A stretch of 64,000 bases of DNA from Antedon mediterranea (Eukaryota; Animalia; Echinodermata), in contig NC_092677.1 of assembly GCF_964355755.1 (NCBI RefSeq), positions 25,283,175 to 25,347,174 of the forward strand, read 5' to 3'. A model generated the notes under the pieces. The model saw nothing but the letters and a program-made list of their open reading frames with translations. It did no database searches and had not been told where the DNA came from. How positions within the stretch are numbered: the first letter of the stretch is position 1; every line of letters starts with the position of its first letter. Made by a program: the position numbers and the translations under genes. This document shows positions 11,108-23,959 of this stretch, one piece after another.

Positions 11108-14100
11108 ATGGAGTGTTACACGGCAGAAATTTGCACCATTTACAAAAAATATCGGTCTTTTTTACTGGTGTTTACAGCCTTTATTAATTTTATTTTGTAT
11201 GCTGGATTCATCTACAGTTATAATTTACTTTATATGGAGCTGCAGAGCATGTTCAATTCAACAGCTACAGAGACAGGTATTGTTGTATATTAAATCCACT
11301 ATAATTATAATATAATACTGTACATAATTGTGTATAGGCTTCTGTATGTTTGCTTTTTACAAACGATTTTGCATTTAGGACGAGGAACGTTCGATTGCAA
11401 TCGTAACTGTGTTATTTGTTCCGGCCCTGTGCACGATAAGGGTGATACTTGTTCTATAGTTAAATCCTTACGCCTTGTCAACTGTTTTCCTTCATAATTT
11501 GCTATAGGATCTGTTGATTTTATTAAAACAATTGTTGAACGAGCAGATTGAATAAGAATCATCACTAGGCCTACTGCCGTAGCTACTATAACGTGTGTAT
11601 AATACGAAGAAAGTGAGTTGAGTAGCCTATACATTATTTATACTGGTAGTCTGAGTAAAACCATAACAATTCTTAGTTAATTCCGGCCATAAATAGTGCA
11701 TGTGCCATTTTGTTGGCTTAATTATTATTGTTGTATAAATATTGATTGGAACTAGTAGGCCTGTCATATGGGCGATAGTTTGTTTGAAGATTAACTACGC
11801 TAGAACAATACAAAACTCGATCATGGGGTAGATTTTGCCATGCACTTGTGACGTCACAGCAATTTACGGCGACGGCTGTACGGCAAGCGCGTGCGGCGAA
11901 ATCGTAAATCTCGCGATTGTTCTTAAGCCATATGTATATCCCTAATACGTTGTTAAAATAGTTCTCGGTCAAGCTGCCCTTTAACTAAAAATTGACCGTA
12001 TAGGCCTACTGTCACAAATGTTTAATATAAATAAAGCTTGCAAATAAGAAAATGAATGTTCTTACTTTATCCATTACAATCTGTTTCTATTGACTCAGCC
12101 CACAGGGGCGCAGCCAGTGGGGGGGTCACGGGGGTCCGGACCCCCCTTTTTTTTTAGAAAAAAATAAATAAAAACATGAGACAACAATACAGATAAAATC
12201 ATCCTGGAGATACTGTGGAAGATTACTACCGAGCAGTATTACCAAATCAACAAACCGAGTTAAAAACCCGTTTTTCTGCCGATAACAGGCGATGCTCTAA
12301 CATATTTGGCGTAGCACCCAAGTCTATCGAAGTGTAATGTTGAAGAAGTCTTCAAGGAACTTGAATTTGGTACGATGATCTGCCAAGACACGAACATCTT
12401 CATTCCGAGCTTCAGTGATGGAAGCGACTGTGTAAAATTAGCGGATCCAGATGTGTTCCCGAATGTGCGTGCACTTCTTCTAATCGCGTAGGCCCTATGC
12501 CCGTAACGTCTGCTGAAGCTGAACGGAGTTTTTCGACTTTATGGAGAACGAAAACCTGTTTGCGAAATCACATGTCTTAGGAGCAGCTTTCGGGATTGTG
12601 CCTCGATCATGAACATACACTTTAACATGAACATTAATACAGAGAATGTCATTCGCGAATTCTGTCTCCAAGCCAAGAAGAATGTTCCAAACTTATGTTT
12701 AAAGATGCATCACGCGATGTCTAGAGCGCCGTTATAGTAACTAACGTAAAATGTATGATAATAATTTAGAAGTTAGTTATTACAATTATGTATAAGCTAT
12801 CACCTATACTATACATTCGAACAAAATAGGTATATTTTTAAACAAAATATTGTATGTACTGGGTATGATAAGCGTCTCACATACACACGGAGCCAAGATA
12901 GCTTCTTGGACTTGCACAGTGTATGAACTCTATAACCTTACGGTTCTCAATAATATCACTCCATGCTATCATTCTAATATCTTTTTTTCAAACTTTTGCA
13001 TCTCTACGTTCATTTCATGCAACTTTTGTATTGGTGAAAAGGGAGGAATTCAAATAATTCCTCCTGAGTTTACAGCCTCTCTACACAAATCAACAAACAA
13101 GCAAGAAAAAAAGTGTTTGTCTGTGGCAGCCTGGAATATAAAAATGTTGTTTTTTGTTTTCTTTGTTTCAGTTTATTAGTGTTAACATTGTCATATTTGT
13201 TTGTGCGTAAACCGATTCAAATGATCTAGATTGCCCTAGACCGCCAAAGCTTCCAGGGGGCGAAGCCCCCTGGACCCCAACCGGGGGCCCTTGGCGGCCC
13301 CCTGGCCCCCAGCCCATGGTTGCTCGCTTCGCTCGCAAAATACTCACATATTGGTTGACCCCCCCTTTAATTCTTTGCTGGCTGCGCCCCTGGCCCAAAT
13401 AACTACCTCTACCTCTATTACTCTAATTCACAGGTATACCTGGAGCTGTGTCCATTTCCCTGTTGAGTTTGTGTTCATTATTTGTGACGTTCCTTTTCCA
13501 AAGCATTGGGCACGTCTGGATAGTATGCCTTGGTGTAACTCTATGTTCTACTGGTCTGTTGGTGTCATCCTTTGCACAAGGTATTGTAATGCTGTATGTT
13601 ACGTATGGTGTTTTCTACGGATTTGGAATGTCTTGTATATACATTACGTTTACTGACAAAATTCTAACAAGTTTTGATACAACGAAATCGGCAAGAGCAA
13701 CGTGTACGGCATTCATAGGCTCGAGCATTGGTGAGTACTTTAATTCTAATACAATTTAGACAATCAAAAACTGTAAAACATAATTCAATACATTTCAATT
13801 TGCCTAACAGATATTTTATTTATTCAACAAAAACAATTTTGCTAAATATATTAAAGATTGTCCCCCAAAACATGAAAAATTAATATTAATAAAATCGGAC
13901 TTTTAATAGGCCATTTTGCAGTTTTAATTCTGTAAAAGAAAAAAAGAAAAAAATCATTTCACTTATAAAAAGACAAAACAAACCGTTAATTGTAACCAAA
14001 AACTTATTGTTAAATTGTTTAAATTAAATTTTTTTGGGGGTTAACACATTCAACAAATCAAATTTAACCAAATTTATTTTCAGGGAGACAATATATCTTT

Positions 14101-16712
14101 AATATAAGCATGGAGTAAATTACTCCATGATATAAGATGACAGTGTCCATGGTTGGACTATTGTAATACCATGTGTTTTATTAGAACTAATCAACAAATT
14201 TGTATTTTCATTCTATGTTTCCAGTTCATCTGTAAAAAGATGAACTCTAATATCCTATAATAATAACTCTATACTAATTTCCTTTATCAGGTATAATGCT
14301 TGCACCAGGTTTTGAGTACATGTATACGACGTTTTCATGGCGAGTTTCTCTGAGAATTATCAGTGGAGTCTTGGCAATAGTTGGATATTCATCCGCACTT
14401 GTTTTGGTGGATATTAAGCCAATACAGAACGATCGCGAAACAAAAGAGTGCGATAATGAGGAAACAACACTTTCTAACACTGACAAATTCATTGAAAACA
14501 ATGTTAAAACTATTGGAGGAAATTTAAACACTGAGAAAAAAAATTTAGAAACAAATGACTGTGGCGAAAGATCTGAAATGTGTTTAGAACTATTTGAAAA
14601 TACTGACTTGAATGTAGGTGACAAAACGTTGGAAATTGACGGAATAAAGTCTCAGAATTTATATTTTTCAAAATATACATTTCTTCTCAAGCGACGAGAA
14701 TTTGTTACAGCTTTGGTTGGATTGTTACTAGCAGCTGGTGCTTCAAAGTTCACTTATATTAGCGTTGTAAGACTTTTTATTCCCTCCGATTTTTGTAGAG
14801 TTTTTTGTTATTCTTTTCTTTGACTTATTCCTAAATCTTTTGGAAATCTCAAACTTATCTCAAAAGGTCAGTATACAATACGCTTCAAAGTATACTTTCA
14901 CCCGATTCACATGGCATCAGACGTAATACAGTGTCACATACCGCCACGTATTGTGTTAAGGTTAGGCTTATGGCCTATATGAGGTGTCACATGTGACGTA
15001 TCACTGTATCACACACATTGGTTATGATACTGTACAATTGTAGATATAGCACATAATAATCGTCTAGTTATATTTTAGGTCTACATGTATTACCATTAAT
15101 TACTTTTGATATTTTGACAGGGAAATTTCTTATTAGGAGAAGGAATGGACACACAAACTATATCATTGGTTATATTATGGATGGGTGTAGGAGACGTTGT
15201 ATCTAGGTGTATGACGGCGCTACTCTCGGATAGACTTCCAGTGTCCAGACTTTGCCAATACGCAATAAGTAACATCGTCGCAGCCGTAGCGTCAACTTGT
15301 CTGCCATTTATATCGTCGACAGGAGGCCTTAAAGCGGCTTTAATCGGTAGGTGAAGAATACAGTTAGTAGTTTGGTATTCTACAGACAAAGAACAAAAGT
15401 ATCTGAAACTATTAATAACGAGGAGCATTCTCACGCATCCTTTCTGAATTTTCTTTCTGACTAACTCCATTCTTTAAACAAAAACTACGTGTATTTTCAG
15501 TCCTATGCATTCCACGTGCAACGAGGGAGGCTATCAAACATCCTATCTCTTTCTTTCTAACTCTTCAATATTATTTCTGGCTAACTCTTCACCATATTCT
15601 TTCTGGCTTAAGCGTGGTTCCCACTAGCGACGCAACACAAGGACGTAACGCAACGCAAGTGAATTGACCAATCACAAGCGATGGCTTATTCGCTTGTGAT
15701 TGCTAACTGTCTATAACTTCGCTTGTCATTGGTTAAAAACGCTTGCGTTGCGTTTACGTCCTTGCGTTACGTTCTAGTGGGAACCAAGCTTAACTCTTCA
15801 CCACCTTCTTTCTGGCTAACTCTTCACCACATTCTTTCTGGCTAACTCTTTACCATATTCTTTCTGGCTAACTCTTTACCACATTCTTTCTGGCTAACTC
15901 TTCACCACATTCTTTCTGGCTAACTCTTCGCCCTATTCTTTAAACAGTAACTTTAAACGTATACTTTTGATCATTTTTCAGTCCTGAGTATTCCACGTGC
16001 AGTTTTAAATATCTTAATACCATCTTTATCGACTGAAATATCTACGAATGGAACTAGATCAGAAGCGATGGCTGTCGTATACGTCGTGTTTGGAATTGGT
16101 GTATTTATCACGCCTTATATTACAGGTACAGTTAAAATGTCAAATTAACAACACTAGTACTAGGCCTAAAGTTAACACTACTACTGACAATTGCCTCTCC
16201 GCAGAGGCCTAGTCTGGGCCACTGGTTTAGAAAACCTCGGACGTGTTTAGCCTTTTTCGACATATTTGAATGCCTGTTTTCTTCTTCACCACAAGCTCCG
16301 GGGCCCCTAGGTTTAGCCAGTAAGCGCTCATAGCCGTTACGCCACTCACTACTGACACTACTAATCCCAAAGTTACACATTGTCTTTAAAAAGACAACTC
16401 CGGAAGATGGTGGTCGTATCAAACGAAACGTCAATACATTCTCCGCCATTTATTTCTCCTCCTCCCTCCACCCCCACATTGTGGAAAAACCTGGTGTACC
16501 GCAAACCTAACTTTACTCTTATTATTTCAGATACTATTTATGACGTCACTGGATCCTATGACATGGCGTGGTTTATTTGTACTGGCTTACATGTACTTTC
16601 CTCGGTATTTATTTTGCTTACCATACATGTAAAAAAACAAAATATAAAATCAGATGAACGACAGCTAAACTATCAAGTTGTAAAAGAAGATTCGGATAAC
16701 AGGAAAATATAA
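11108..16712 (+). CDS. SLC16-like transporter, copy 3 (diverged, apparently intact)
   Basis: Exons 11108-11276, 13434-13730, 14291-14766, 15121-15346, 15982-16125, 16531-16712. Exon lengths 169/297/226/144 match copy 1. Motifs GDVVSR and YDVTGSYD are present. Confidence 0.88.
12103..13392 (+). mobile_element. Internally deleted hAT transposon with a decayed C-terminal dimerisation domain, in intron 1 of copy 3
   Basis: TIR CAGGGGCGCAGCCAG / CTGGCTGCGCCCCTG. ~12444-12620 translates as DVFPNVRALLLIA*..MPVTSAEAERSFSTLWRTKTCLRNHMS*EQLSGLCL. Flanks GCCCA/GCCCA. Confidence 0.88.
15575..15940. repeat. 26-bp minisatellite TTCTTTCTGGCTAACTCTTCACCACA interrupted by MITE A
   Basis: Units lie on both sides of the MITE. 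Confidence 0.85.
15611..15790. mobile_element. MITE family A (AGCGTGGTTCCCACTAG...CTAGTGGGAACCAAGCT), ~180 bp, Harbinger-like
   Basis: TIRs with TWA flanks. Near-identical copies at ~32163-32438 (partial plus full), 36036-36209, 49066-49244, 49396-49565, 57895-58073. Confidence 0.9.
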
Positions 16713-17264
16713 AATGTGAAACATTGAATTGTGGAGCAATTTATAGGGCCTAATATTAGTAAAAATATAAACATTTTGGCACATATGGCGTTTCATACGT
16801 ATACCACTTGAGCTTGTTTTCAGACAAAAATCGAAAAAAAAATACAGACTTGGGGCTTGAGTCTATAATGTTTCTTATTTGATTGTTCTGTTCTTTTATA
16901 ATATTATAACTTGCAACGTAGCTCTTGTCTATACGAACAGGACGTTTCGTTTACAATAAAAATGATAAAACCCCTGTTATGGTTCATTGGGATTGATCTT
17001 TTAGACAATGTATGCTCAGAACGCATATGGAAACCAAAGTAGTTATATATTTCAACTCGTCACCATATATATTATTGTACATCTTTCGGCATATTGATAT
17101 TTTGAGATCGACATTCAGTCATACGCCTTTTTCACGAAACGAAAGACATCGATGACAAACAATGCCGAGCAACGAAGCGTAACCAACATAAATAAATTCG
17201 TAACTCCTCAACGGACAGTCGTGTGGACAAAACGTTTACTTTAAAATGTTCTTAACAGATTAGC

Positions 17265-18064
17265 GTCATGAGGTAATTTCCCTATTGATCGTAATCAAAA
17301 CGGTACTGGGTTTGGTCTACTAGCGTTCCTGCTCCCAACCAGTACATCCATTCATAGAAGCCTTAATGAAGTAAGCCTACCTGGTGGTGGCCATAGAACG
17401 GTCCCGAGATAACGACTATACTTCGGCTTTAGTCAATAGAAGATTGAATAAATTGTTAGAGATAAAGTATACGATGTTATGATTATGTGTAGATATGTGA
17501 TTTGTTCTTTTTATTCCAATGATGTTATGTATTTAATAAATTTGTTATATCAATTAATTAAATTATCGTAGATTGCATATTATGCGATGAATATTATTTA
17601 ATAAATTTTTGATATATTATTATTATTATATTAATAAAAAAGATATTTGTTAGTATAAATTAAAAAATATAGATATAAGGAAGAAAAGCAAAGAGATTAT
17701 GGAGCGGCTGTACCAGAATATACAACACTAAGTATTGTAAAGTTAATATATTAAAAATTTAGGCGATCTTGTCAAAGGTCAAGCGCCTTCAGCCTGCCAC
17801 GTTTCGATATTCAATATTGAACTTGACCAAGGTTATCTACACATAATCATAACATCGTATACTCTATCTCTAACAATTTATTCAATCTTCTATCGACTAA
17901 AGCCGAAGTATAGTCGTTATCTCGGGACCGTTCTATGGCCACCACCAGGTAGGCTTACTTCATTAAGGCTTCTATGAATGGATGTACTGGTTGGGAGCAG
18001 GAACGCTAGTAGACCAAACCCAGTACCGTTTTGATTACGATCAATCGGGAAATTACCTCATGAC
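17265..18064. repeat. ~230-bp near-perfect inverted repeat (17265-17495 / 17834-18064) with AT-rich spacer
   Basis: The arms are reverse complements with only a few mismatches. Confidence 0.92.
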
Positions 18065-18875
18065 ATAACTGTATGATTGAAAAAAAAATAGAAAAAAACA
18101 CCACAGTGTATAACGCCGGTGACAAACGCCTATACTTATACACTGTGGAGTTTTTTTAGATGGATTTTAAGCACATTGACAACAATTTTTTTATTTTTTT
18201 TCAATCACACAGTGATGTAGGCCAATCTTGAAAGAAAATTTTACAGTAATTTTGTTTTTTCATACGATCCGTTCAAGAGTTACGATTTTTAAATTAACAT
18301 GGTGTCCTGAAATCCCCGAAAACGCTATGTTATTTCTGTTGGTTACGCTTCGTTGCACGGCATTGTTTGTCATCGATCGAAGATGTCTTTCGTTTCGTGA
18401 AAAAGTCGTATTTTGATCAAGATGGGATGTTTTTCACAGCAGGCTATTTTCACGTAGAAATCCGCTACCGTTCAGTTTTCATAAACGGCTGACTAGACTC
18501 GAGGATGTTCCGGTTGTCTGGTAGCGTGCCAGCAGCGTGCTCGACTATATATTCATGTCATATAATATACACACACAGTAAATATTCGACGAATGCCATC
18601 AGATTGCCGCTCTTGTGTTATGACCACCTGCCATTTCTTAACAAGCATTTACACTATACGTTTTCATGTAGTCAAATTTGATCGCTCTTGCTGTAGTCAA
18701 AGGTGATGCTCGTTGCAAAATGGCATGTAAGGGATTAGTTAGCAGTGTCCTTAACAAGAAAACGTTACTGGTGATCACAGCATTCGTTTTCCTGATGTTC
18801 TATGGGGGATTTCTCTACAGTTATAATTTACTTTATCTTGAACTTCATGTTGCGTTTAATTCAACAGCTACACAG

Positions 18876-19175
18876 ACGGGTAAGTAGACCGACGGGCAAG
18901 TAGGCCGACGAGTAAGTAGTCCTACGGGCAATTAAGCCTACGGGTTAAGTAGGCCTACGGGTAAATAGGCCTATTGGTTAAGTAGGCCGACGGGTAAGTA
19001 GGCCGACGGGCAATTAGGCCTACGGGCAAGTAGGCCTACGGGTTAAGTAGACCGACGGTTAAGTAGGTCTAATGGTAAGTAGGTAAATAGGCCTACGGGT
19101 AAGTAGGCCTACGGGTAAGTAGGCCTACGGGTATAGGTACTATGCGGTAAGTAAGTCTACGGGCAAGTAGGCCTA
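18876..19175 (+). repeat. 16-17-bp minisatellite ACGGGTAAGTAGGCCT starting at the exon-1 donor of copy 4
   Basis: About 18 units; the first unit is the real splice donor. Confidence 0.9.
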
Positions 19176-19253
19176 TGTCATCGAGTTTGGCAATGACAAA
19201 CTTTAGTAGGTACTTTGCCTTGTTAGTAGACCTATGTACTAGACTATACCTAA

Positions 19254-20267
19254 AGGATAACTTGGCCGACAACCATACTTTAACAACGTATTAGGGATGT
19301 ACATATGATTTCAAAACAATCGCGAGTTTGACGATATCGCCGCTGACGCTCTCCGTACAGCCGTCGCCGTAAATGGCTGTGACGTCACAAGTGCATGGCA
19401 AAATCTACCTCACGAGTTTTCACCCACGAGGGTATCTAGAATTATGGAATCAGTCAATCATATCGCACTCAAAACGTTCCTCTGTGGTGTGACACGACGG
19501 GTTGTGTCGATGTGTAGTGGCGACGCTGCAGCCTATTGATATGCCTACATTAGGGCGCCTATGCCTCCTAGGACTAGGCTAGGTTATCTACAGTACTAGC
19601 TAGGTATCGAGTCGGTCTGTATGAACGCCTAAATTCATGAACTTTTATAATTGACTCACCATCGTCTCTGAGTAAGGGTTAGGCCGGTTGATTACTATAA
19701 ACACCATCGTCTTTATTCACCGAAAATCACCTCTATCGTACTAAACAAGGCCAACAGCCATAAGTCGCGTGCTAAAACGCATAGTGATACCGGACCGACA
19801 GACAGACAGACCGACCGACCGACCGACCGACATAGTGAACTATAGAGTCTCGTCCACGCGACTAAAAAAGTTGTTAGTGCGATATGGTTGAATGATTCCA
19901 GAGCATCATACGTCATGTTTCGAGCTACTCTTTCGGATCAATAGTCTAGTCTGGAAAAACGCAAACCTTTCTAAAAAAACACAAAAACGAATAAATCGTA
20001 AAAAAATATAAATGTTGAATATATTTTCTGTTTCTTTTGATAATGAAGTGTTTCTTCAAAATACCAGACTAAACAATTTGCCAAATTTAAGCCTAATATA
20101 CAGGTAAAATTAGCATTGAAGTGACGGTAACAGTGAAAACTCATGAGGTAAATTTTTCCATGCATTTGTGACGTAAAAGCAATTTACGGCGACGGCTGTA
20201 CGATTGTTCTGAAACCGTATATACACTCCTAATACGTTGTTAAAATGGTTCTCTGTCAAGTTGTCCT
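19254..20267. mobile_element. Kolobok-like non-autonomous element with long TIRs; right end of the same family at ~11825-11980
   Basis: ~19254-19410 is the inverted match of ~20145-20267. Termini AGG...CCT with CTAA/TTAA flanks. Confidence 0.7.
19742..19868. mobile_element. Helentron/DINE-1-like (HINE) short element with GACA/GACC microsatellite; opposite-orientation copy ~29080-29265
   Basis: Subterminal inverted repeat AGTCGCGT/ACGCGACT, terminal hairpin, tetranucleotide repeat and A/T-run flanks. Remnants at ~5465-5500 and 33700-33780. Confidence 0.65.
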
Positions 20268-20505
20268 TTAATACTTTAGGTCTACATACATACTGTACAT
20301 ATACTCAATCCAATGTAGATCTAGGTGATTCAACTTTTCACCCGTTTTCGTAAAAAAAATAATATGAATGCAAAATTCATTTAGGCCTAATAACTGGGAT
20401 TTTTTTACAGGTGTTCCGGGTGCGATTTCTATCTCGCTATTGTCTTGTTGTTCCGTTGGGGTGACACTGATCTTTCAAAAAGTCGGACATCGTACAACAA
20501 TACTC

Positions 20506-21201
20506 GACGCTACTGCAGTTTCGCACCACACTGTTATATCTTCGATTTCTCGCTTAATTTTTTTTCTCACACCCACATCATACAATTTTGGGCCATTATG
20601 TAACATGTTCCCATGATTTAGCCACCGTTACATTACCTTTATCACAATAAAAAATGCCTTTCAAAACAGCTCCTTTTTTCGCGAATACTTTGATCGAACT
20701 GTGGCCATTTTAGAATCAGAAAATTGCCAGAAATAAATGTATTTTTTATTTTCTGTTTTTATTTTTAAACTGCAAAGAGTGGTTTTTTTTATAAAGAACC
20801 AGCTGTACATATAAAAACGGTGACGATATGAGTCCGTACATAAAACATTGATAGGAACCATTAATATGAATAATAATACTAGGCCTAATAATGAAGTATA
20901 ATTTAACCTTTATTTCGCCAGCTGAAAACATTTCTTGCTTTTCAAAACTAAATAGGCCTAGGCTATATTATGTGTAATCGGATTTTATAACACTGCCCTC
21001 TATAGTTTCTACAATTTTGGGGGTAAAATGAAGCATAAATTCTGGCAATTAAGTGATAAATATAAGATGACGAACATTTCGCAGTTTGTTGAGAGCGAGT
21101 TCAGTATTGTTTAAAATGTTTTGAAAAGTATTGTTATTTTTAAAAAATTACTTCGTAAGTGGTCGAATCGTATAAACATGTTGCGAAACTGCAGTAGCGC
21201 C
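20506..21201. mobile_element. 696-bp TIR element with 8-bp TSD (Merlin- or hAT-like) inside exon 2 of copy 4
   Basis: TIR GACGCTACTGCAGTTTCGCA / TGCGAAACTGCAGTAGCGCC. TSD CAATACTC on both sides. Confidence 0.9.
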
Positions 21202-21283
21202 CAATACTCTTGGGTGTAACGCTGAGTTGGTTAGGTGTTCTAATATCATCCTTTACTCAACAAATTCAGATTTTGTATGTTAC

Positions 21284-21704
21284 CAAAGATAATAAAAGGA
21301 GAAGATACAACAGTTCCGTTGGCGGTGTAAACCACATCCGGGTTACTATTTGCCTACGCCTGAAGGTGGCGCATTTCTTTTTCGCCAAAAGAAGTGCGCC
21401 ACCTTCAGGCGTGGGTAAGGTAAAACTTTTATTGTAAATATCTATAAAAATGCAAACGATGATTATTTATCAAAATGATTATCAAAATATTAATAATATC
21501 AAAATTAGTAGAGCACAGACGCGAGAACACATCAGATCATCACGATCCATTGAAACGTGGGATTAGACGGGAACCATATCTAGAGCCCGCCGTCGTTCGG
21601 CTGCTGGATTCTTACGCGTCCACGAATAATTAAGCGTCCGCGTTTCCTATCCTTCTATGTATAACAGCGCGTACTGTTGATTCTTTACCTATTTATATTC
21701 TTTG
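21284..21704. mobile_element. 421-bp TIR element with 7-bp TSD (P-element-like termini) inside exon 2 of copy 4
   Basis: Ends CAAAGATAATAAAAGG / CCTATTTATATTCTTTG. TSD ATGTTAC. Removing it restores ..ILYVTYGVFFGFG. Confidence 0.85.
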
Positions 21705-23959
21705 ATGTTACATATGGTGTTTTCTTCGGGTTTGGCTTTTCCACAAGTTATATTACAATAATAGATATGATTTTGCGAAGTTTTGATAAGCGACACACAG
21801 CAAGAGCCACGGTTACTGCGTTCATTGGCATCAGTGTTGGTAAGTTTTAAGCGGTAACATAAACATCAAACATTAGCTTCCAGAACGCCTCATAGGCTTA
21901 CAGGTTGCTTGTAGTGTTGACAAGCATAATAAGCCTAGTTTTACACTAGCAAACCTTGCCGAACATTTTGCTTGCAAACTTTGAGTTTACCACTGTTTGG
22001 AGAAGTTTGTTATTTCTGTCTAGAAGTTACTACTGGAGGCTGTTATTTGAAGGATGGGATGAATGTGTAAAGCACCCAAAAACTAGATTCGGTTCACAAA
22101 CCTCAGGCAAATAATTCCAAGAAGGCATATGGCCTAACTTTTTTTGCAAACTAGTTTTCTGCAGCTGGCCGAAGTTTTCAACGAGTAACAACTCCTGCTA
22201 ATCGTTTTTCCAAACTTTTATTTTTGTTTTACTCCATACAGGAATTTTGCTTGATCTGTGTGTCGAATGGCTCTACACAAAATACTCATGGCGGATCGGG
22301 TTGAGGATTTTCAGTGTTATGTTGGCACTTGTTGGATATCCTTCCGCGTTTGTGATGACGGATGTCAGACATCCAGAGGAGAAGCATCTCGAAGGAGATT
22401 CCAAACATCCCGAAAACGAAGAGAGCATCAATAACAACAATAAGGCTGACATTGATGATGTGGTTAATGCTAGAGTCCATGATACCGATATGATTGATAA
22501 TGCATCTATAAAGAATACCACTAGTATAAGATTTGTGTCCAAGACCGAAGACAAAACGGCTGACAATGACAATGACAATATCTCTGAGGATATAATGCCC
22601 GAAGATATCAAGGAGGACAATGAAAGGAAATTATTAGCAAAGTGCAGACTATTTCAAATTCATCGATAGCAAAGTACGTTGCCGTTTTCAAACGAGGTGA
22701 TTTTGTCATTTCTGTTCCTGGGATACTGTCAGCTGCCACTGCTACAATGTTTACCTACATAAGTGTTGTAAGAAAATATTGGATTTTTTTTTGGGTCTGT
22801 ATTGGCCGCAAGGGAGTAAGCGCACCACAATTAATTTGACCAATCACGACGCCATTAATCACCAGAGCTGGGCTTATGATTGGTCAAGTCACTTTGTGTT
22901 GCCCCTTACGACATTGCGTTACTTCCACGTGCACGAAAATCATGTAGCTTAAACACAGAACAACAAGTTTAAACTGAAAGACGAGAAGAATTTAAACAGA
23001 TTTTCCACTAGGCGAATTTGTTCGCGCGGATCGGCTTTTACGCATGCGTATTCATGTTTCCAAATCCTACTCTACGCATGCGTATAAGCTGACGCTTTCA
23101 ATTCAAGCGAACAAATTCGCCTAGTGGAAAATAGATTTTATTAAGAGAACTCGATTACATCATCTTTTAATTAATAAAAAGCTATTTCAAAACATATAAA
23201 TTAATGTACATGATTTAAAATGATACTCAAACTTTCTTCTTCTAGGGAATTATGTCTTACTTCAAACGGGAATGAATTCCGTAACTATATCCGTGGTTAT
23301 TTTGTGGATGGGTGTTGGGGATCTAGCTGCCAGAATCATCAGTGCTATAGTGTCCGACAGACTTCCCATATCAAAGACTTTACAATATACATTGAGTAAT
23401 ATTTTTGCTGCAATAATTTCGATATGTTTACCGTTCTTATCGTCGCACATTGGACTAACGGTGGCGCTAGTTGGTAAAGTTTTTTTTTTTTTTTTTTTTT
23501 TCGCACCATCTAATCAGGGACTTTTTTTACAACTCCCTGATCTAACCAATTCACAGTTACTGGTTGTTCTTCGATTGTTGCATATGATGCTTATTATATT
23601 TAAATCTCGAGTAATCTCTATCTTTAATATAGGCCGACATGATAATAGCACGCCCTCTGTTGCTTTTTTTATTTTGACAAGTACTTCTCTCAGTTTCCGA
23701 GTGCTTTTATAGAAAGAGTAGTAAGTTACCCAGCTGATCAATCTCAAATCTATGGATTGAAGACTGATCGCTCTACACTAAAGTGACACTTTAGTGGCCC
23801 ATTAGTGACCCATTAGTGACCTTTTAGTGACCATTCGTGGAAAAGCAAGTTAGTCAACTGTGCTTTAAGACGATTATTGTAAAGCGTACATTATCTGTAC
23901 GTATACCGAGTATTAAACTTGTCTAACTAAGCTGTTGTTTCTATTTTCAGCATTAAGTG

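Noticed and set aside
20506-21704. Introner-type intron gain in exon 2 of copy 4
   Set aside because: The insert ends are not GT/GC...AG, and the gene has independent frameshifts downstream.
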